64,000 nucleotides of DNA. It comes from Candidatus Vogelbacteria bacterium (GTDB lineage: Bacteria > Patescibacteriota > Minisyncoccia > Phycocordibacterales > JACRKE01). Shown piece after piece: positions 8,573 through 18,829 of this stretch (position 1 is the first letter of the stretch; each line of letters opens with the position of its first letter). Both the position numbers and the translations under genes were made by a program. The notes beneath the pieces are model-generated. The model had not been told where the DNA came from. It searched no databases and saw nothing but the letters and a program-made list of their open reading frames with translations. Location of the stretch: NCBI GenBank assembly GCA_016215335.1, contig JACRKE010000026.1, forward strand, positions 1,711 through 65,710. The letters run 5' to 3'.

Positions 8573-10052
8573 ACTCGGGGTAGCGATAGGTAATCGCCTT
8601 TTCCCAAAACTTACAAAAAATGTTTTAGTTTACGAAAGAGTACTCAAATTTATTATTGCGGGAGGATCGTGCGGGGTGTTAGACGTTCTTGGCCTGTTTC
8701 TCTTGGTGCATTTTGTGGGTATAAATTACTTAATTGCGTCTGTTCTTGCGTTTTTGGTCGCATTTATTTTTAGCTTTTACCTTCAAAAAAACTGGACATT
8801 TCGCGATAAAACATCGCACGCCACCCATACTAAAATTGCCAAGTATTTATTGATGCAACTTTGCGCTCTTGTGCTGAACACAGCACTTATGTATTTCTTC
8901 GTGAGTATTTTTGGAGTTTGGTACATTCTGTCACAGATTATCATCTCACTTTGTATTGCTGTATTGAGTTATACGATCAATAAACTAATTATTTTTGATG
9001 CTGATTCTATGTCGAGCGAGAAAAATGTCTCAAAAAAGCCTACCGTGCTGATTGCGTCCCCTTTATTTCCGCCAGAAATCGGTGGGCCTTCGCAGTATGC
9101 GAAAAAACTATCTGATGCTTTTGTTGCGGGGGGACATTCAGTATTGATTGCTACGTACGGGAGGGAAAGACATTTACCGCTTGGAATTAGGCATATAGTT
9201 TATCTCTTGAAGTCAGTACACAAACTGATCAAGACAGACGTCTGTATTGCTTTGGACACTTTTAGTGTGGCTTTACCGATGGTTTTACTGTGTAAAATTC
9301 TTAAAAAGAAAATAGTTATTAGAATTGGTGGGGATTTTTTGTGGGAGCAGTATATTGAACGCACAGACAAAAAAATTATTTTGCGCGAGTTTTATAAGAC
9401 CGATATGAGCTTTTTGTCGCGTAAAGAAAAGATTATTTTTAATTTAACAAAATGGTTGCTGAAAGAAAGCTTTGCTTTGGTATTTAGTACTAAATGGCAA
9501 AAAGATATCTGGTTGAAGCCGTATCAATTGGAGGATAAAGATATCTATGTCATTGAAAATTATTTTGGCAAAAAGTTGCCTTCGATTGATTCGACAAGAA
9601 AGGTATTCGTGGCGGGAGCTCGGAACATAAAGCTTAAAAATCTTCAAGTTTTGCATAGGGCGTTTGAGGTTGCTCAGATGCATAACCCCGAAATTGTTCT
9701 GGATGTCCAGAATTTTCCATACGATGGGTTCTTGTCCCATATTCAGAAAAGTTATGTGGTTATATTGGTTTCTCTGAGTGATATAAGTCCTAACATGGTT
9801 ATGGATGCCGTTAGGTGTGGCAAGCCATTTATAGTGACAAGGGAGACAGGACTATATGATCGGCTCAAGGATGTTGGCATATTTGTGGACCCATTTAACG
9901 AGAAGGGGATTTCAGAACAGATTTTAAGACTAGCAGATGATAAAGAGTACGATAAAATTAAAAGGCAGGTTAATCTATTTCATTACGAACATGACTGGAT
10001 GAATATAGCAAATGAATTTTTAGAAATCATTAATCACCTAAATCTGAAATGA
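8547..10052 (+). CDS. GtrA-like membrane domain fused to a GT4-like glycosyltransferase domain
   Basis: N-terminal four hydrophobic helices (KFIIAGGSCGVLDVLGLFLLVHFVG...) typical of GtrA; downstream VLIASPLFPPEIGGPSQYAKKL GT4 N-terminal motif. Confidence 0.6.
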   Translation: MILFQKLFELGVAIGNRLFPKLTKNVLVYERVLKFIIAGGSCGVLDVLGLFLLVHFVGINYLIASVLAFLVAFIFSFYLQKNWTFRDKTSHATHTKIAKYLLMQLCALVLNTALMYFFVSIFGVWYILSQIIISLCIAVLSYTINKLIIFDADSMSSEKNVSKKPTVLIASPLFPPEIGGPSQYAKKLSDAFVAGGHSVLIATYGRERHLPLGIRHIVYLLKSVHKLIKTDVCIALDTFSVALPMVLLCKILKKKIVIRIGGDFLWEQYIERTDKKIILREFYKTDMSFLSRKEKIIFNLTKWLLKESFALVFSTKWQKDIWLKPYQLEDKDIYVIENYFGKKLPSIDSTRKVFVAGARNIKLKNLQVLHRAFEVAQMHNPEIVLDVQNFPYDGFLSHIQKSYVVILVSLSDISPNMVMDAVRCGKPFIVTRETGLYDRLKDVGIFVDPFNEKGISEQILRLADDKEYDKIKRQVNLFHYEHDWMNIANEFLEIINHLNLK

Positions 10053-11140
10053 ATATTTTAACTATTGGCTCTGACAGAAATCTTTTTGAAAGTGACACCG
10101 CTGTCCGTACAAGAGTAGTTGAATATGGAAAGTTGTTCGATTCAATGTCGATAATAGTTTTCACCACGCGTTCACCCAAATATAAGGTTAGCCATATGGC
10201 GCCAAATGTTACTGTTTATCCCACGCGATCACTGAACAGATTATTTTATGTCTGGGACGCGATTCTGCTTGGCAGAAAAATTAAAACATTCGATGTTGTT
10301 TCTGCACAAGATCCTTTCGAATCGGGTATTGTTGCTTGGGTCATCGCAAAAATTTCTGAGTCGAAACTGCACATTCAAGTGCACACAGACTTATTCGATC
10401 CCAACTTTAAGAAAGAATCGTTTTTAAACAAAATTCGAGTTCTGCTCGCTAAATTTTTGTTACCCAAAGCTGGTGGAATACGAGTGGTATCTGAGAGGAT
10501 TAAACGAACTTTAGTTGGAAGAGGAATTAGAGAGAACAAAATCACTGTTTTGCCTATTTATGTTGACGTAGAAAAGATTGCGAACCAACCTGTAAAAACA
10601 GATTTGAAGGAAAAATATAGAGACAGATACATTATTCTCATGGCTTCGCGGTTGACAGTTGAAAAAAATATACAACTTGCAATAAGGGCTATACAGGGAC
10701 TATTTAAAAGTCCTGAAATTACAAAGAATTTATTATTGCTTATAGTGGGCGATGGCCCCGAAAAGATACATCTAGAGGAAATGGTTATGCAGTATGGCCT
10801 TACACAGCATGTCATGTTTGAATCGTGGACATCAGACCTAATTTCGTATCTAAAAACTTGCGATGTTTTTTTACTCACTTCGAATTACGAGGGGTATGGC
10901 ATGACTCTTGTCGAAGCAGCCGCATCAGGGGCGCTCATTGTTTCAAGTAATGTGGGCATATCGTCAGAGATTGTGCCACCAGGACACTTATTTACCGTGG
11001 GTGATAATTTGGATTTAGAAAATAAATTGACTGAAGCAATTATCGGGAGACTTGACGCAAAGGGTAAGAATTTGTCATTGTCTAAGCATTATAGTTGGGA
11101 GGAATATCTCCTTGAGTATAAAAAAAGTTGTAGCTTGTAA
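10049..11140 (+). CDS. glycosyltransferase family 4
   Basis: LTSNYEGYGMTLVEAAASGALIVSSNVG C-terminal GT-B motif. Confidence 0.8.
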   Translation: MNILTIGSDRNLFESDTAVRTRVVEYGKLFDSMSIIVFTTRSPKYKVSHMAPNVTVYPTRSLNRLFYVWDAILLGRKIKTFDVVSAQDPFESGIVAWVIAKISESKLHIQVHTDLFDPNFKKESFLNKIRVLLAKFLLPKAGGIRVVSERIKRTLVGRGIRENKITVLPIYVDVEKIANQPVKTDLKEKYRDRYIILMASRLTVEKNIQLAIRAIQGLFKSPEITKNLLLLIVGDGPEKIHLEEMVMQYGLTQHVMFESWTSDLISYLKTCDVFLLTSNYEGYGMTLVEAAASGALIVSSNVGISSEIVPPGHLFTVGDNLDLENKLTEAIIGRLDAKGKNLSLSKHYSWEEYLLEYKKSCSL

Positions 11141-11162
11141 TTATAATTAAAAGTCAGCTCTT

Positions 11163-12020
11163 ATGAAAATCGGATTTATTGGACAGGGGTGGATTGGAAA
11201 GAATTATGCGGACAATTTCAAGAATCGCGGATATGAAGTTGTACGCTATTCGCTTGAGCCTAAGTATGCAAAGAATAAGGAGGAAATTAAAAAATGCGAT
11301 ATTGTTTTTATCGCAGTTCCCACACCAACCACTCCAAAAGGATTTGATGCAGGTGTACTCGTTAAGGTGATGGAGCTAGTGGGAAAAAAGAAAATTGCTG
11401 TCATCAAGTCGACCATATTGCCCGGAACGACTGAGTCTATTCAGAAGCAATATTCAGATATCTATGTTATGCATTCACCTGAATTCCTAAGTGAACGTAC
11501 TGCAAAAGAAGACGTGCGTTGGCCAGATAGTCACGTGATTGGAATTTCGACAAACAGTAGTATTTTTAGAAGTAAGGCGAGAATGGTTCTTTCTGTTTTG
11601 CCTGACGTTCCATCAATAATTTGCAGTTCTGTAGAAGCAGAATTCATTAAGTATGCTCATAATATTCACGGATTTATTGACGTTGTCTACTCGAATCTTC
11701 TGTATGATTTAGCTGGAAAATTAGGCGTGGAGTGGGACATCGTCAAAAAATTCGCCTCTCACGACAAGTACATGGTAGATAGATATATGAATCCTGTACA
11801 CGCAAGTGGTCACGTGAATAGACCAGGCAGAGGGGCTGGTGGACACTGTTATATTAAGGACTTTGCGGCCTTTCGTAAGCTTTATGTGGATAAGGTTGGA
11901 GATAAAAATGGTATGGCAGTTCTTGATTCCATAGAAAAAAAGAATATCGAGCTTTTGCTGACTACTAATAAAGACATAGATTTACTTCAAGATGTTTATG
12001 GAAAGGCAATAAATAAATGA
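11163..12020 (+). CDS. nucleotide-sugar (UDP-glucose/GDP-mannose) dehydrogenase family protein, short form lacking the C-terminal domain
   Basis: MKIGFIGQGWIG Rossmann fold, VFIAVPTP, SPEFLSE and a catalytic-Cys motif GGHCYIKD; only 285 aa. Confidence 0.6.
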   Translation: MKIGFIGQGWIGKNYADNFKNRGYEVVRYSLEPKYAKNKEEIKKCDIVFIAVPTPTTPKGFDAGVLVKVMELVGKKKIAVIKSTILPGTTESIQKQYSDIYVMHSPEFLSERTAKEDVRWPDSHVIGISTNSSIFRSKARMVLSVLPDVPSIICSSVEAEFIKYAHNIHGFIDVVYSNLLYDLAGKLGVEWDIVKKFASHDKYMVDRYMNPVHASGHVNRPGRGAGGHCYIKDFAAFRKLYVDKVGDKNGMAVLDSIEKKNIELLLTTNKDIDLLQDVYGKAINK

Positions 12021-13021
12021 GATTGCTTGTTGTAACTCAAGTTGTTGATATTCGCGACCCGATTCTAGGTTTTTTTCACTATTGGCTCGGAGAGTTTTCA
12101 AAACATTTTGACAAGATTACTGTAATCTGTCTAAAGAAAGGAGAATGTTCGCTTCCGAGCAATGTAAATATCGTTTCGCTTGGGAAAGAAGACAAACAAT
12201 CACGTTTCCAGTATATCTTAAGATTTTACAAATATATTTTCCATTATCGAAAGGAATACGATAGCGTGTTCGTGCATATGAACCAAGAGTATATTTTGCT
12301 TGGCGGTTTGCTCTGGGCCCTTCTAGGAAAACCAGCTTTTCTTTGGCGTAATCATTCAAAGGGTTTTTGGATCACCAAACTGGCTGGGAAACTATCCAAA
12401 AAAGTGTTCTATACTTCTCCTCAATCTTTTACGGCGCCATTTAAGAATTCAATACAAATGCCTGTAGGAGTGGATACTGATTTCTTTAAACCAAGCGGAG
12501 TCAATAGGGAGGGAGTGTTGATTATGGGTAGAATCTCACCGGTGAAAAAAGTAAGTGAAATGATTGCCGTGGCGTCTGAAGTCGCTAACAAAATACCTTT
12601 TACTCTTAAGGTAATCGGTGGACTAGATAGTAGATTTCTTGATTATTACGAAGAAGTGAAGAGGGGGCTAGAAAAATTTCCAGGCAAAGTTGTGCAAGGT
12701 GACGGAGTTCCGTTGGATAAAGTAAGAGATCTTTTTTGTTCGACTGATATTTTCATGAATTTTACTCCAGAGGGAAGTTACGACAAAATGATTTTCGAAG
12801 CCGCCGCTTGTGGTACGTTAGTTTTATCTACAAATTCTGGCCTAGCAGGACAAATACCAAATGAATGTATCTCTACTTCCAAAAATGAAACTTCCACACT
12901 TGAAAATTTACTGAAATTACCACTAGATATAAAATCCGACTTACGAAATAGTTTACGAGAACAAATTGTGAGACATCACGGCCTTACTCACCTCGCAGTC
13001 AGACTCACTGAGGAGTTATGA
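12017..13021 (+). CDS. glycosyltransferase (GT4-like, GT-B fold)
   Basis: LIMGRISPVKKV...FEAAACGTLVLSTNSG. Confidence 0.6.
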   Translation: MRLLVVTQVVDIRDPILGFFHYWLGEFSKHFDKITVICLKKGECSLPSNVNIVSLGKEDKQSRFQYILRFYKYIFHYRKEYDSVFVHMNQEYILLGGLLWALLGKPAFLWRNHSKGFWITKLAGKLSKKVFYTSPQSFTAPFKNSIQMPVGVDTDFFKPSGVNREGVLIMGRISPVKKVSEMIAVASEVANKIPFTLKVIGGLDSRFLDYYEEVKRGLEKFPGKVVQGDGVPLDKVRDLFCSTDIFMNFTPEGSYDKMIFEAAACGTLVLSTNSGLAGQIPNECISTSKNETSTLENLLKLPLDIKSDLRNSLREQIVRHHGLTHLAVRLTEEL

Positions 13022-14064
13022 AAATCTGCTATATAAATTTTAATCTTAATAACCCACGTGACCAAATAACATTAAGGGGTTTAAAAGAAAATGGAGTTTC
13101 TTTATTAGAAATTTCAGATTGCACACCAGGTTGGAGAAAATATGTGACTATCGCTAAGAGTTATCGCGCTCACAGGAAGGAGTGCGATGTTGTAATGATC
13201 GGCTATGCTGGGAGTGTTCTGGTTATATTCATGAGTTTAATTACAAGAAAAAGTATAGTTTATAATTCTCTAGCCAATTTTTTGGACAGTATGATAATTT
13301 CAAGGAGAAATGGTTCCTATTTGTCCTTGTCGACTATCTGGTATTATGCTGTAGAATTTCTGGCTTTTCATATGGCAAGCTTGTCTTTTTTGGAATGTCA
13401 GTCTCAGAAAGATATGGTCGTAAGATTATTTAAGGTTAATCATAAAAAGATTTCTGTTCATTTCGTAGGCACGGATGATAAGCAGTTTTGTTTTGACAGT
13501 ACTGTTAAAAAACTAAAAGAATTTACTGTTATGTTCCGAGGTATGTTTTTACCAGAAGCAGGGGCTGACGTGGTAATCCGAGCAGCTAAAGAGCTTGAAC
13601 ACGAGGGTATTCGATTCCGAATCATAGGTCGTGGATTACTTCAGCGAAAAATTGAAGAACTAATACAAAAACTAAAACCGAATAACGTTGAGTTTATTAC
13701 GGAGAGACTCCCTATTGAAATTCTTCGGGATAAAATGCTAGAGTGCCACTTATCCCTCGGTCAATTGGCTAAACACCCTCGAGTACATACAACTATTCCA
13801 CATAAGGCATTTGAGAGTATGGCGATGAAACTACCCTATCTCACAGGGGAAAACAAGGGAGTTATGGAAGTTCTAAAAGATGGCCAAACCTGTTTCGTTG
13901 TGCCGCCCGGGGATCATTTTGGTTTGGCGCGTAAAATTCTCGAGATAAGTAAGCAACCTGAAGATTTAGAGAGAATTTCAGAAAACGCTTATAGGTTGTA
14001 TTTGCGAGAATTTACTCCTAAAATTTTAGCCAGAAAAATAGTTGAAGAAATTGAATTTAGATAA
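13018..14064 (+). CDS. glycosyltransferase (GT4-like, GT-B fold)
   Basis: C-terminal FESMAMKLPYLTGENKGVMEVLKDGQTCFVVPPGD. Confidence 0.55.
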   Translation: MKICYINFNLNNPRDQITLRGLKENGVSLLEISDCTPGWRKYVTIAKSYRAHRKECDVVMIGYAGSVLVIFMSLITRKSIVYNSLANFLDSMIISRRNGSYLSLSTIWYYAVEFLAFHMASLSFLECQSQKDMVVRLFKVNHKKISVHFVGTDDKQFCFDSTVKKLKEFTVMFRGMFLPEAGADVVIRAAKELEHEGIRFRIIGRGLLQRKIEELIQKLKPNNVEFITERLPIEILRDKMLECHLSLGQLAKHPRVHTTIPHKAFESMAMKLPYLTGENKGVMEVLKDGQTCFVVPPGDHFGLARKILEISKQPEDLERISENAYRLYLREFTPKILARKIVEEIEFR

Positions 14065-14099
14065 CGCTTATATAATACCCTGAATGTAACTATCTTAAT

Positions 14100-15140
14100 A
14101 TGAAAAAAAAGATTCTAGTATGTGGCGCAGGAGGCTTTATAGGCAGTCATTTGGTCAGTAAATTAAAGAAAGAGGGTTCTTGGGTTCGTGGTGTCGATTT
14201 GAAATACCCAGAATATTCTAAATCGACTGCAGATGAATTCGTAATAGGAGACTTACGTGACCAGATGGTCGTAAAGAAAGTGTTAGATCAACCTTTTGAC
14301 GAGGTGTATCAACTAGCTGCCGATATGGGTGGCGCAGGGTACATATTTACAGGCGAACATGATGCCGATGTTATGCATAATTCTGCAACAATTAATCTAA
14401 ATATAGTATCTTATGGCCAAAAAGTAGGTATTAAGAAAATTTTCTACTCCTCTTCTGCTTGTATTTATCCGGAATACAATCAGCTTGATTCAGATAATCC
14501 CAAATGCTCTGAAGAATCCGCATACCCAGCGGCACCAGATAGCGAATATGGGTGGGAGAAACTATTTAGTGAAAGAATGTATCTGGCATACTATCGGAAT
14601 TATGGTTTAGAGGTTAGAATTGCCCGCTTTCACAATATCTTTGGACCAGAGGGGACGTGGAATGGAGGAAAAGAAAAGGCACCTGCCGCGATTTGCAGGA
14701 AGGTTGCTGAGGCAGCATCTGGAGTTAATCTAGCAGAAATTTGGACACCAAGTGGTGTTAGACGGGTACCCTCTCTTGAAATTTGGGGAGATGGTAAGCA
14801 AACCCGTTCATTTCTCTATATTGATGAGTGCCTTGAAGGAATTAGTCGCTTGATGAATTCTAATTTCACTGGTCCCGTTAATATAGGATCCGAAGAAAAG
14901 ATTAGCATAAATGAGCTCGCACAGATGGCGGCCAAAATCGCTGGGTTGCAGGAGCTTATGATTAATCACATTTCAGGACCACTTGGAGTTCGTGGTCGAA
15001 ATTCAGACAATAGACTAATAAAAAAAGAGCTGGATTGGGCACCGAGTCAAAAATTAGAATTGGGAATGACGGAGACATTTAATTGGATAAAACAACAAAT
15101 GGCTGAATTGCAAAAGAAAGAAATGGCTAAGCAAAATTAA
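14100..15140 (+). CDS. GDP-mannose 3,5-epimerase (GME) family NAD-dependent epimerase
   Basis: long collinear matches to plant GME: LAADMGGAGYIF / FYSSSACIYPEY / RFHNIFGPEGTWNGGKEKAPAAICRKV / IWGDGKQTRSF..IDEC.EG / GPLGVRGRNSDNRLIKKELDWAP. Confidence 0.8.
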   Translation: MKKKILVCGAGGFIGSHLVSKLKKEGSWVRGVDLKYPEYSKSTADEFVIGDLRDQMVVKKVLDQPFDEVYQLAADMGGAGYIFTGEHDADVMHNSATINLNIVSYGQKVGIKKIFYSSSACIYPEYNQLDSDNPKCSEESAYPAAPDSEYGWEKLFSERMYLAYYRNYGLEVRIARFHNIFGPEGTWNGGKEKAPAAICRKVAEAASGVNLAEIWTPSGVRRVPSLEIWGDGKQTRSFLYIDECLEGISRLMNSNFTGPVNIGSEEKISINELAQMAAKIAGLQELMINHISGPLGVRGRNSDNRLIKKELDWAPSQKLELGMTETFNWIKQQMAELQKKEMAKQN

Positions 15141-15157
15141 TTTTTTTTATCGCTCGT

Positions 15158-15790
15158 TTGTGTAGAATGAAAGCTATGCGGAAGATTAAAAGTCGTTTAA
15201 TTGAGTTCAAATTCTACTGCCTTAGATTGCTGTGGCGAGTAAAATTTACATTTTTTCGAGAAAAATTGCCAAAGAACACCGACGGCAAAGTGTATTTAAA
15301 TCTTGGATGTGGGGTCAACACTTCGCAAGAGTTTATAAACATAGACGCCTTTCCATTTGCCAAAACCCACTTGGTACGCAATATTCAAGATCTCACAATA
15401 TTTCCAAGTAATTCGGTGGATATGATTTATGCTAGTCACGTGATTGAACATATTCCTAGAAATAGTTTAACAAAGACATTGTCCGAGTGGTGTCGTGTTC
15501 TAAAGACGGGAGGGGTTTTAAGATTTGGTGTTCCAGACCTAGACAAGCTGATTGATTATTACAACACACACGAGAAAGATGTGGAAAGTATTATAAATCA
15601 GCTTCTTGGACAAGATGCTGACTATGATAGACATTGTACAATTTGGAATTCAAAATTCGCAGAGAAAATACTTAAGGAAGCTGGTTTTTCGGGTATACCA
15701 AGATTTTGGGATGTTAACACTACTGAGCATCACAATTTTAATGACAAATCGAACCGAAACATATCTTTAAATTTAGAAATATCAAAATGA
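15158..15790 (+). CDS. class I SAM-dependent methyltransferase
   Basis: VYLNLGCGVNTSQEFINIDA motif I; Methyltransf_11/23-like. Confidence 0.7.
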   Translation: MCRMKAMRKIKSRLIEFKFYCLRLLWRVKFTFFREKLPKNTDGKVYLNLGCGVNTSQEFINIDAFPFAKTHLVRNIQDLTIFPSNSVDMIYASHVIEHIPRNSLTKTLSEWCRVLKTGGVLRFGVPDLDKLIDYYNTHEKDVESIINQLLGQDADYDRHCTIWNSKFAEKILKEAGFSGIPRFWDVNTTEHHNFNDKSNRNISLNLEISK

Positions 15791-16743
15791 ACCAAGGCCG
15801 TCATCCAATAAAAACAGTAGAGGACATCCCTTTTTTTTCAGAAGATCGATATTGGGGTAAAGCACCGAAAGAAGAGCTTGAGAAAGCGGTTTCGCTTATT
15901 GTTGATAAGGGTTGGGACGAGTTCCAAGTTGTTTTTAAAGATAAATTTGATGCTACCTTTGAAGAGAATCGGGCAGATTGGAGATTTGTTATACCAGTTT
16001 CTAAAGATTTTACTGTCCTAGATGCTGGTGCTGGAATGGGACGCATCAGCATTCCTCTTGCAAGGGTAGTGAAAAAAGTAGTTGCACTAGACCAGTCTTT
16101 CCTGAGAATGAAATTTCTAAAATTAAGGGCGGGAAAGGAGGGGCTCACAAATATAGAAGTTAACGTAGGAGATATATTTGATCGACCATTTCCAAATGAG
16201 AGTTTTGATTTAATTGTTATGAACGGGCTTCTTGAATGGGTCGGTGCTACAAATCGTTTTAAGAACCCTCGTGAAGCGCAAATTGTGAGCTTGCGTATTG
16301 CTAAAGATTTACTTAAAAAAGGCGGTTATCTATATATTGGAATTGAAAATCGTATTGCAGCAGCGAATTTGAAAGCGATAGACCATAGTGGCTTGCGTTT
16401 TACAAGTTACATGCCCAGATTTATTGCTGATATTTACATGAAAATTCTTAAGGGGAGACGATATGACACATATACATATTCTAGGAAAGGGTATATTAAG
16501 TTAATTAAAGAAAGTGGATTTGATCTTAGTAATATTGAATTTTATCTTCCATTTCCAGGCTACAATCTTCCAAGGTTAATGATACCACACAATAATTTGT
16601 ACGCACTTCGGTTCGCAATCGAATCAATTAAGCCACCTTACGGCCTAAAGGGCAGGGCAATCAGGATATTGGTTACGATTCCCTTGGTGTTAAGGTTATA
16701 TCGATATTTATTTTTTAGCTTTGGTATTGTAATTAAAAAATGA
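15787..16743 (+). CDS. class I SAM-dependent methyltransferase
   Basis: VLDAGAGMGRISIPLA motif I ... LIVMNGLLEW. Confidence 0.65.
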   Translation: MNQGRHPIKTVEDIPFFSEDRYWGKAPKEELEKAVSLIVDKGWDEFQVVFKDKFDATFEENRADWRFVIPVSKDFTVLDAGAGMGRISIPLARVVKKVVALDQSFLRMKFLKLRAGKEGLTNIEVNVGDIFDRPFPNESFDLIVMNGLLEWVGATNRFKNPREAQIVSLRIAKDLLKKGGYLYIGIENRIAAANLKAIDHSGLRFTSYMPRFIADIYMKILKGRRYDTYTYSRKGYIKLIKESGFDLSNIEFYLPFPGYNLPRLMIPHNNLYALRFAIESIKPPYGLKGRAIRILVTIPLVLRLYRYLFFSFGIVIKK

Positions 16744-17648
16744 TAAATCTTGTAAGAAGAATAATATCCGGACACCCTGAGTGGACAAGCAATTTAAATG
16801 CGCCACTTTCTGTAATGAAGATGAGTACTCCTACTTCTGGACGTTCTTTGGATAAAGGTAAGGTACTTTTGTTTGTGTTTGAGCCAGGATTAAAGGTCCC
16901 TACGTGGTGTGTTAAGACTACGAGATCATATGATGAGGCAGAATTAATTAGACGAAATTATAGAAATTTAAGTCTATTAAGGGCTGGGGTTGACAATAGT
17001 GCGCTTTCTGATTTATTTGCTAAACCCTTATTTCTATATGATAACAAAGAAACAATATTTTGCATTGAATCAGTCTGCCGAGGCCAGATACCTTCGGTGA
17101 ATCAAGGTGTATTAGATCTTGTATTAAATGCATATGAAGATTGGCAAGTTCATTTATTGAGTAACTCAAATTCTAACAAACTTTGGCTAGTCGAAGATCT
17201 AAGATCGTTAATAAAAGATACAGTTTCTTCATTTAATCATGAAGATATGGAGACAAAAAAAATCATCGAATACTACGATACGTTATTAAAAGGAGATAAT
17301 GTTATGTTACCGGCTTTAACTCAACATGGCGATCTCACCCCAAATAATGTTCTCCTGTCTGGAGATCACGTTTCCATCATCGATTATGATTTTATTGGAA
17401 TCAGTACGTTGCCCGGATACGACATATTTAATTTTATATTGAAGTTTCATTGCTACGATGTATCCTTCAGGGCTATATGTGAGCGTTATTTAAGGCGATA
17501 TTTTGAAAAAATAGGCGTTAAAATTGTATCACTGGATGTATTGTTCTTCGCCTATTACATTCTGGAAATTAAGAGAAAGGATTGCAATATTTACAAAAAA
17601 AGTTTCGAAGAATTGATTGCAGGGTTTAACTCCCTTATGATTAAGTAA
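16740..17648 (+). CDS. APH-family phosphotransferase (aminoglycoside/choline-kinase-like fold)
   Basis: HGDLTPNNVLLSGDHVSIIDYDF catalytic-loop and DFG-like motifs. Confidence 0.6.
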   Translation: MINLVRRIISGHPEWTSNLNAPLSVMKMSTPTSGRSLDKGKVLLFVFEPGLKVPTWCVKTTRSYDEAELIRRNYRNLSLLRAGVDNSALSDLFAKPLFLYDNKETIFCIESVCRGQIPSVNQGVLDLVLNAYEDWQVHLLSNSNSNKLWLVEDLRSLIKDTVSSFNHEDMETKKIIEYYDTLLKGDNVMLPALTQHGDLTPNNVLLSGDHVSIIDYDFIGISTLPGYDIFNFILKFHCYDVSFRAICERYLRRYFEKIGVKIVSLDVLFFAYYILEIKRKDCNIYKKSFEELIAGFNSLMIK

Positions 17649-18829
17649 TGATAAGGATTGTATACATATCACGAATAAACCTTTTGTCGGGTCGCACTAA
17701 TGTGTACAATACAGTGAAAACGTGCGAAGCAATCAACTCTCAAGAAGACTTTTCTGCGGAAATTATCACGACAGATTTTGACCGTGAGTCTGCCTCATTT
17801 TGCGAGAGAATGGGCATACACAGACCTTTCGATATTACATGTTTGGGAGTGACAGACACAAGTTCGCCGCGTAGTGGTCGAAGTTGGCAGGAGCTTATTA
17901 TGCTTATAAAAGCAAACTTTTATCTATCAAAATATTTATTCTTGCGGAGAAGAGAGTTTGACATCGTTTATTTTCGCGACGAGTCTCTTTTTATTGCCGC
18001 AATAATGTCCAGGTTTTGCTTAAGGAAAAAGTTTTTTTTTGAAATTCATTCTGTATTGAGTCGATGGTATCGGCAAATGATGAATGTGCTCTCGGTCAGG
18101 TTTGCAGGTGGAGTTCTCGCTATCAGCACCGGATTGAAGCGATATTATGAGGCACACAACAGTAACATTTTGGTTTCATTGTGCAGTGCCGCAGAAGACT
18201 CATGGTTCGATTATTCCAAAAATAAAGATACTTTTAGGAAAGAGTTGGGTCTACCATTAGACGCGTTTCTGGTTGGTTATATTGGCGTGGTCGGCATTAA
18301 TCCAAATAATGACTATTATGAGCTTGATGATATTCTGAGAAGCCTGGCGTTTTTGCCTAAAGAAATCAAGTACGTTGTGGCTGGTGAATTGAATAATAAT
18401 GCTGATTGGTTAAGAAAAATAGCAAGTGACTTGGACGTATTAGATAGAATAATTATTTTGCCGTGGCTTGAAAGGAAGGATGTGCCTAAATACCTCCAAG
18501 CCTTCGACATTAACCTTATTCCAAAGCGCAAGAAAGATTTAGTAGGCGATTCTCCTGCCAAGATGTTTCCTGCTTTGGCCTCACTTCGACCGATTGTTGC
18601 TGGGCACGCAGAGTGCATTGAGGAAGTTTTGACTGATGGTTTAGATGCTATCATTGTGGAGGATAACAAACCAGAAGGTTGGGCAGGAGCTATTGTGAAG
18701 ATCTATGAAAACAAGGAACTAGCTCATAGGATATCAAGCAAGGCATTTGAGACTAAACATAAGTACACATGGGAGAAGCGCGGTATTGCTATATCCGAGT
18801 TTATCAGAAAGACAATCACTACAAGATGA
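17648..18829 (+). CDS. glycosyltransferase family 4
   Basis: GT-B C-terminal pattern ...RPIVAGHAECIEEVLTDGLDAIIVED. Confidence 0.65.
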   Translation: MIRIVYISRINLLSGRTNVYNTVKTCEAINSQEDFSAEIITTDFDRESASFCERMGIHRPFDITCLGVTDTSSPRSGRSWQELIMLIKANFYLSKYLFLRRREFDIVYFRDESLFIAAIMSRFCLRKKFFFEIHSVLSRWYRQMMNVLSVRFAGGVLAISTGLKRYYEAHNSNILVSLCSAAEDSWFDYSKNKDTFRKELGLPLDAFLVGYIGVVGINPNNDYYELDDILRSLAFLPKEIKYVVAGELNNNADWLRKIASDLDVLDRIIILPWLERKDVPKYLQAFDINLIPKRKKDLVGDSPAKMFPALASLRPIVAGHAECIEEVLTDGLDAIIVEDNKPEGWAGAIVKIYENKELAHRISSKAFETKHKYTWEKRGIAISEFIRKTITTR

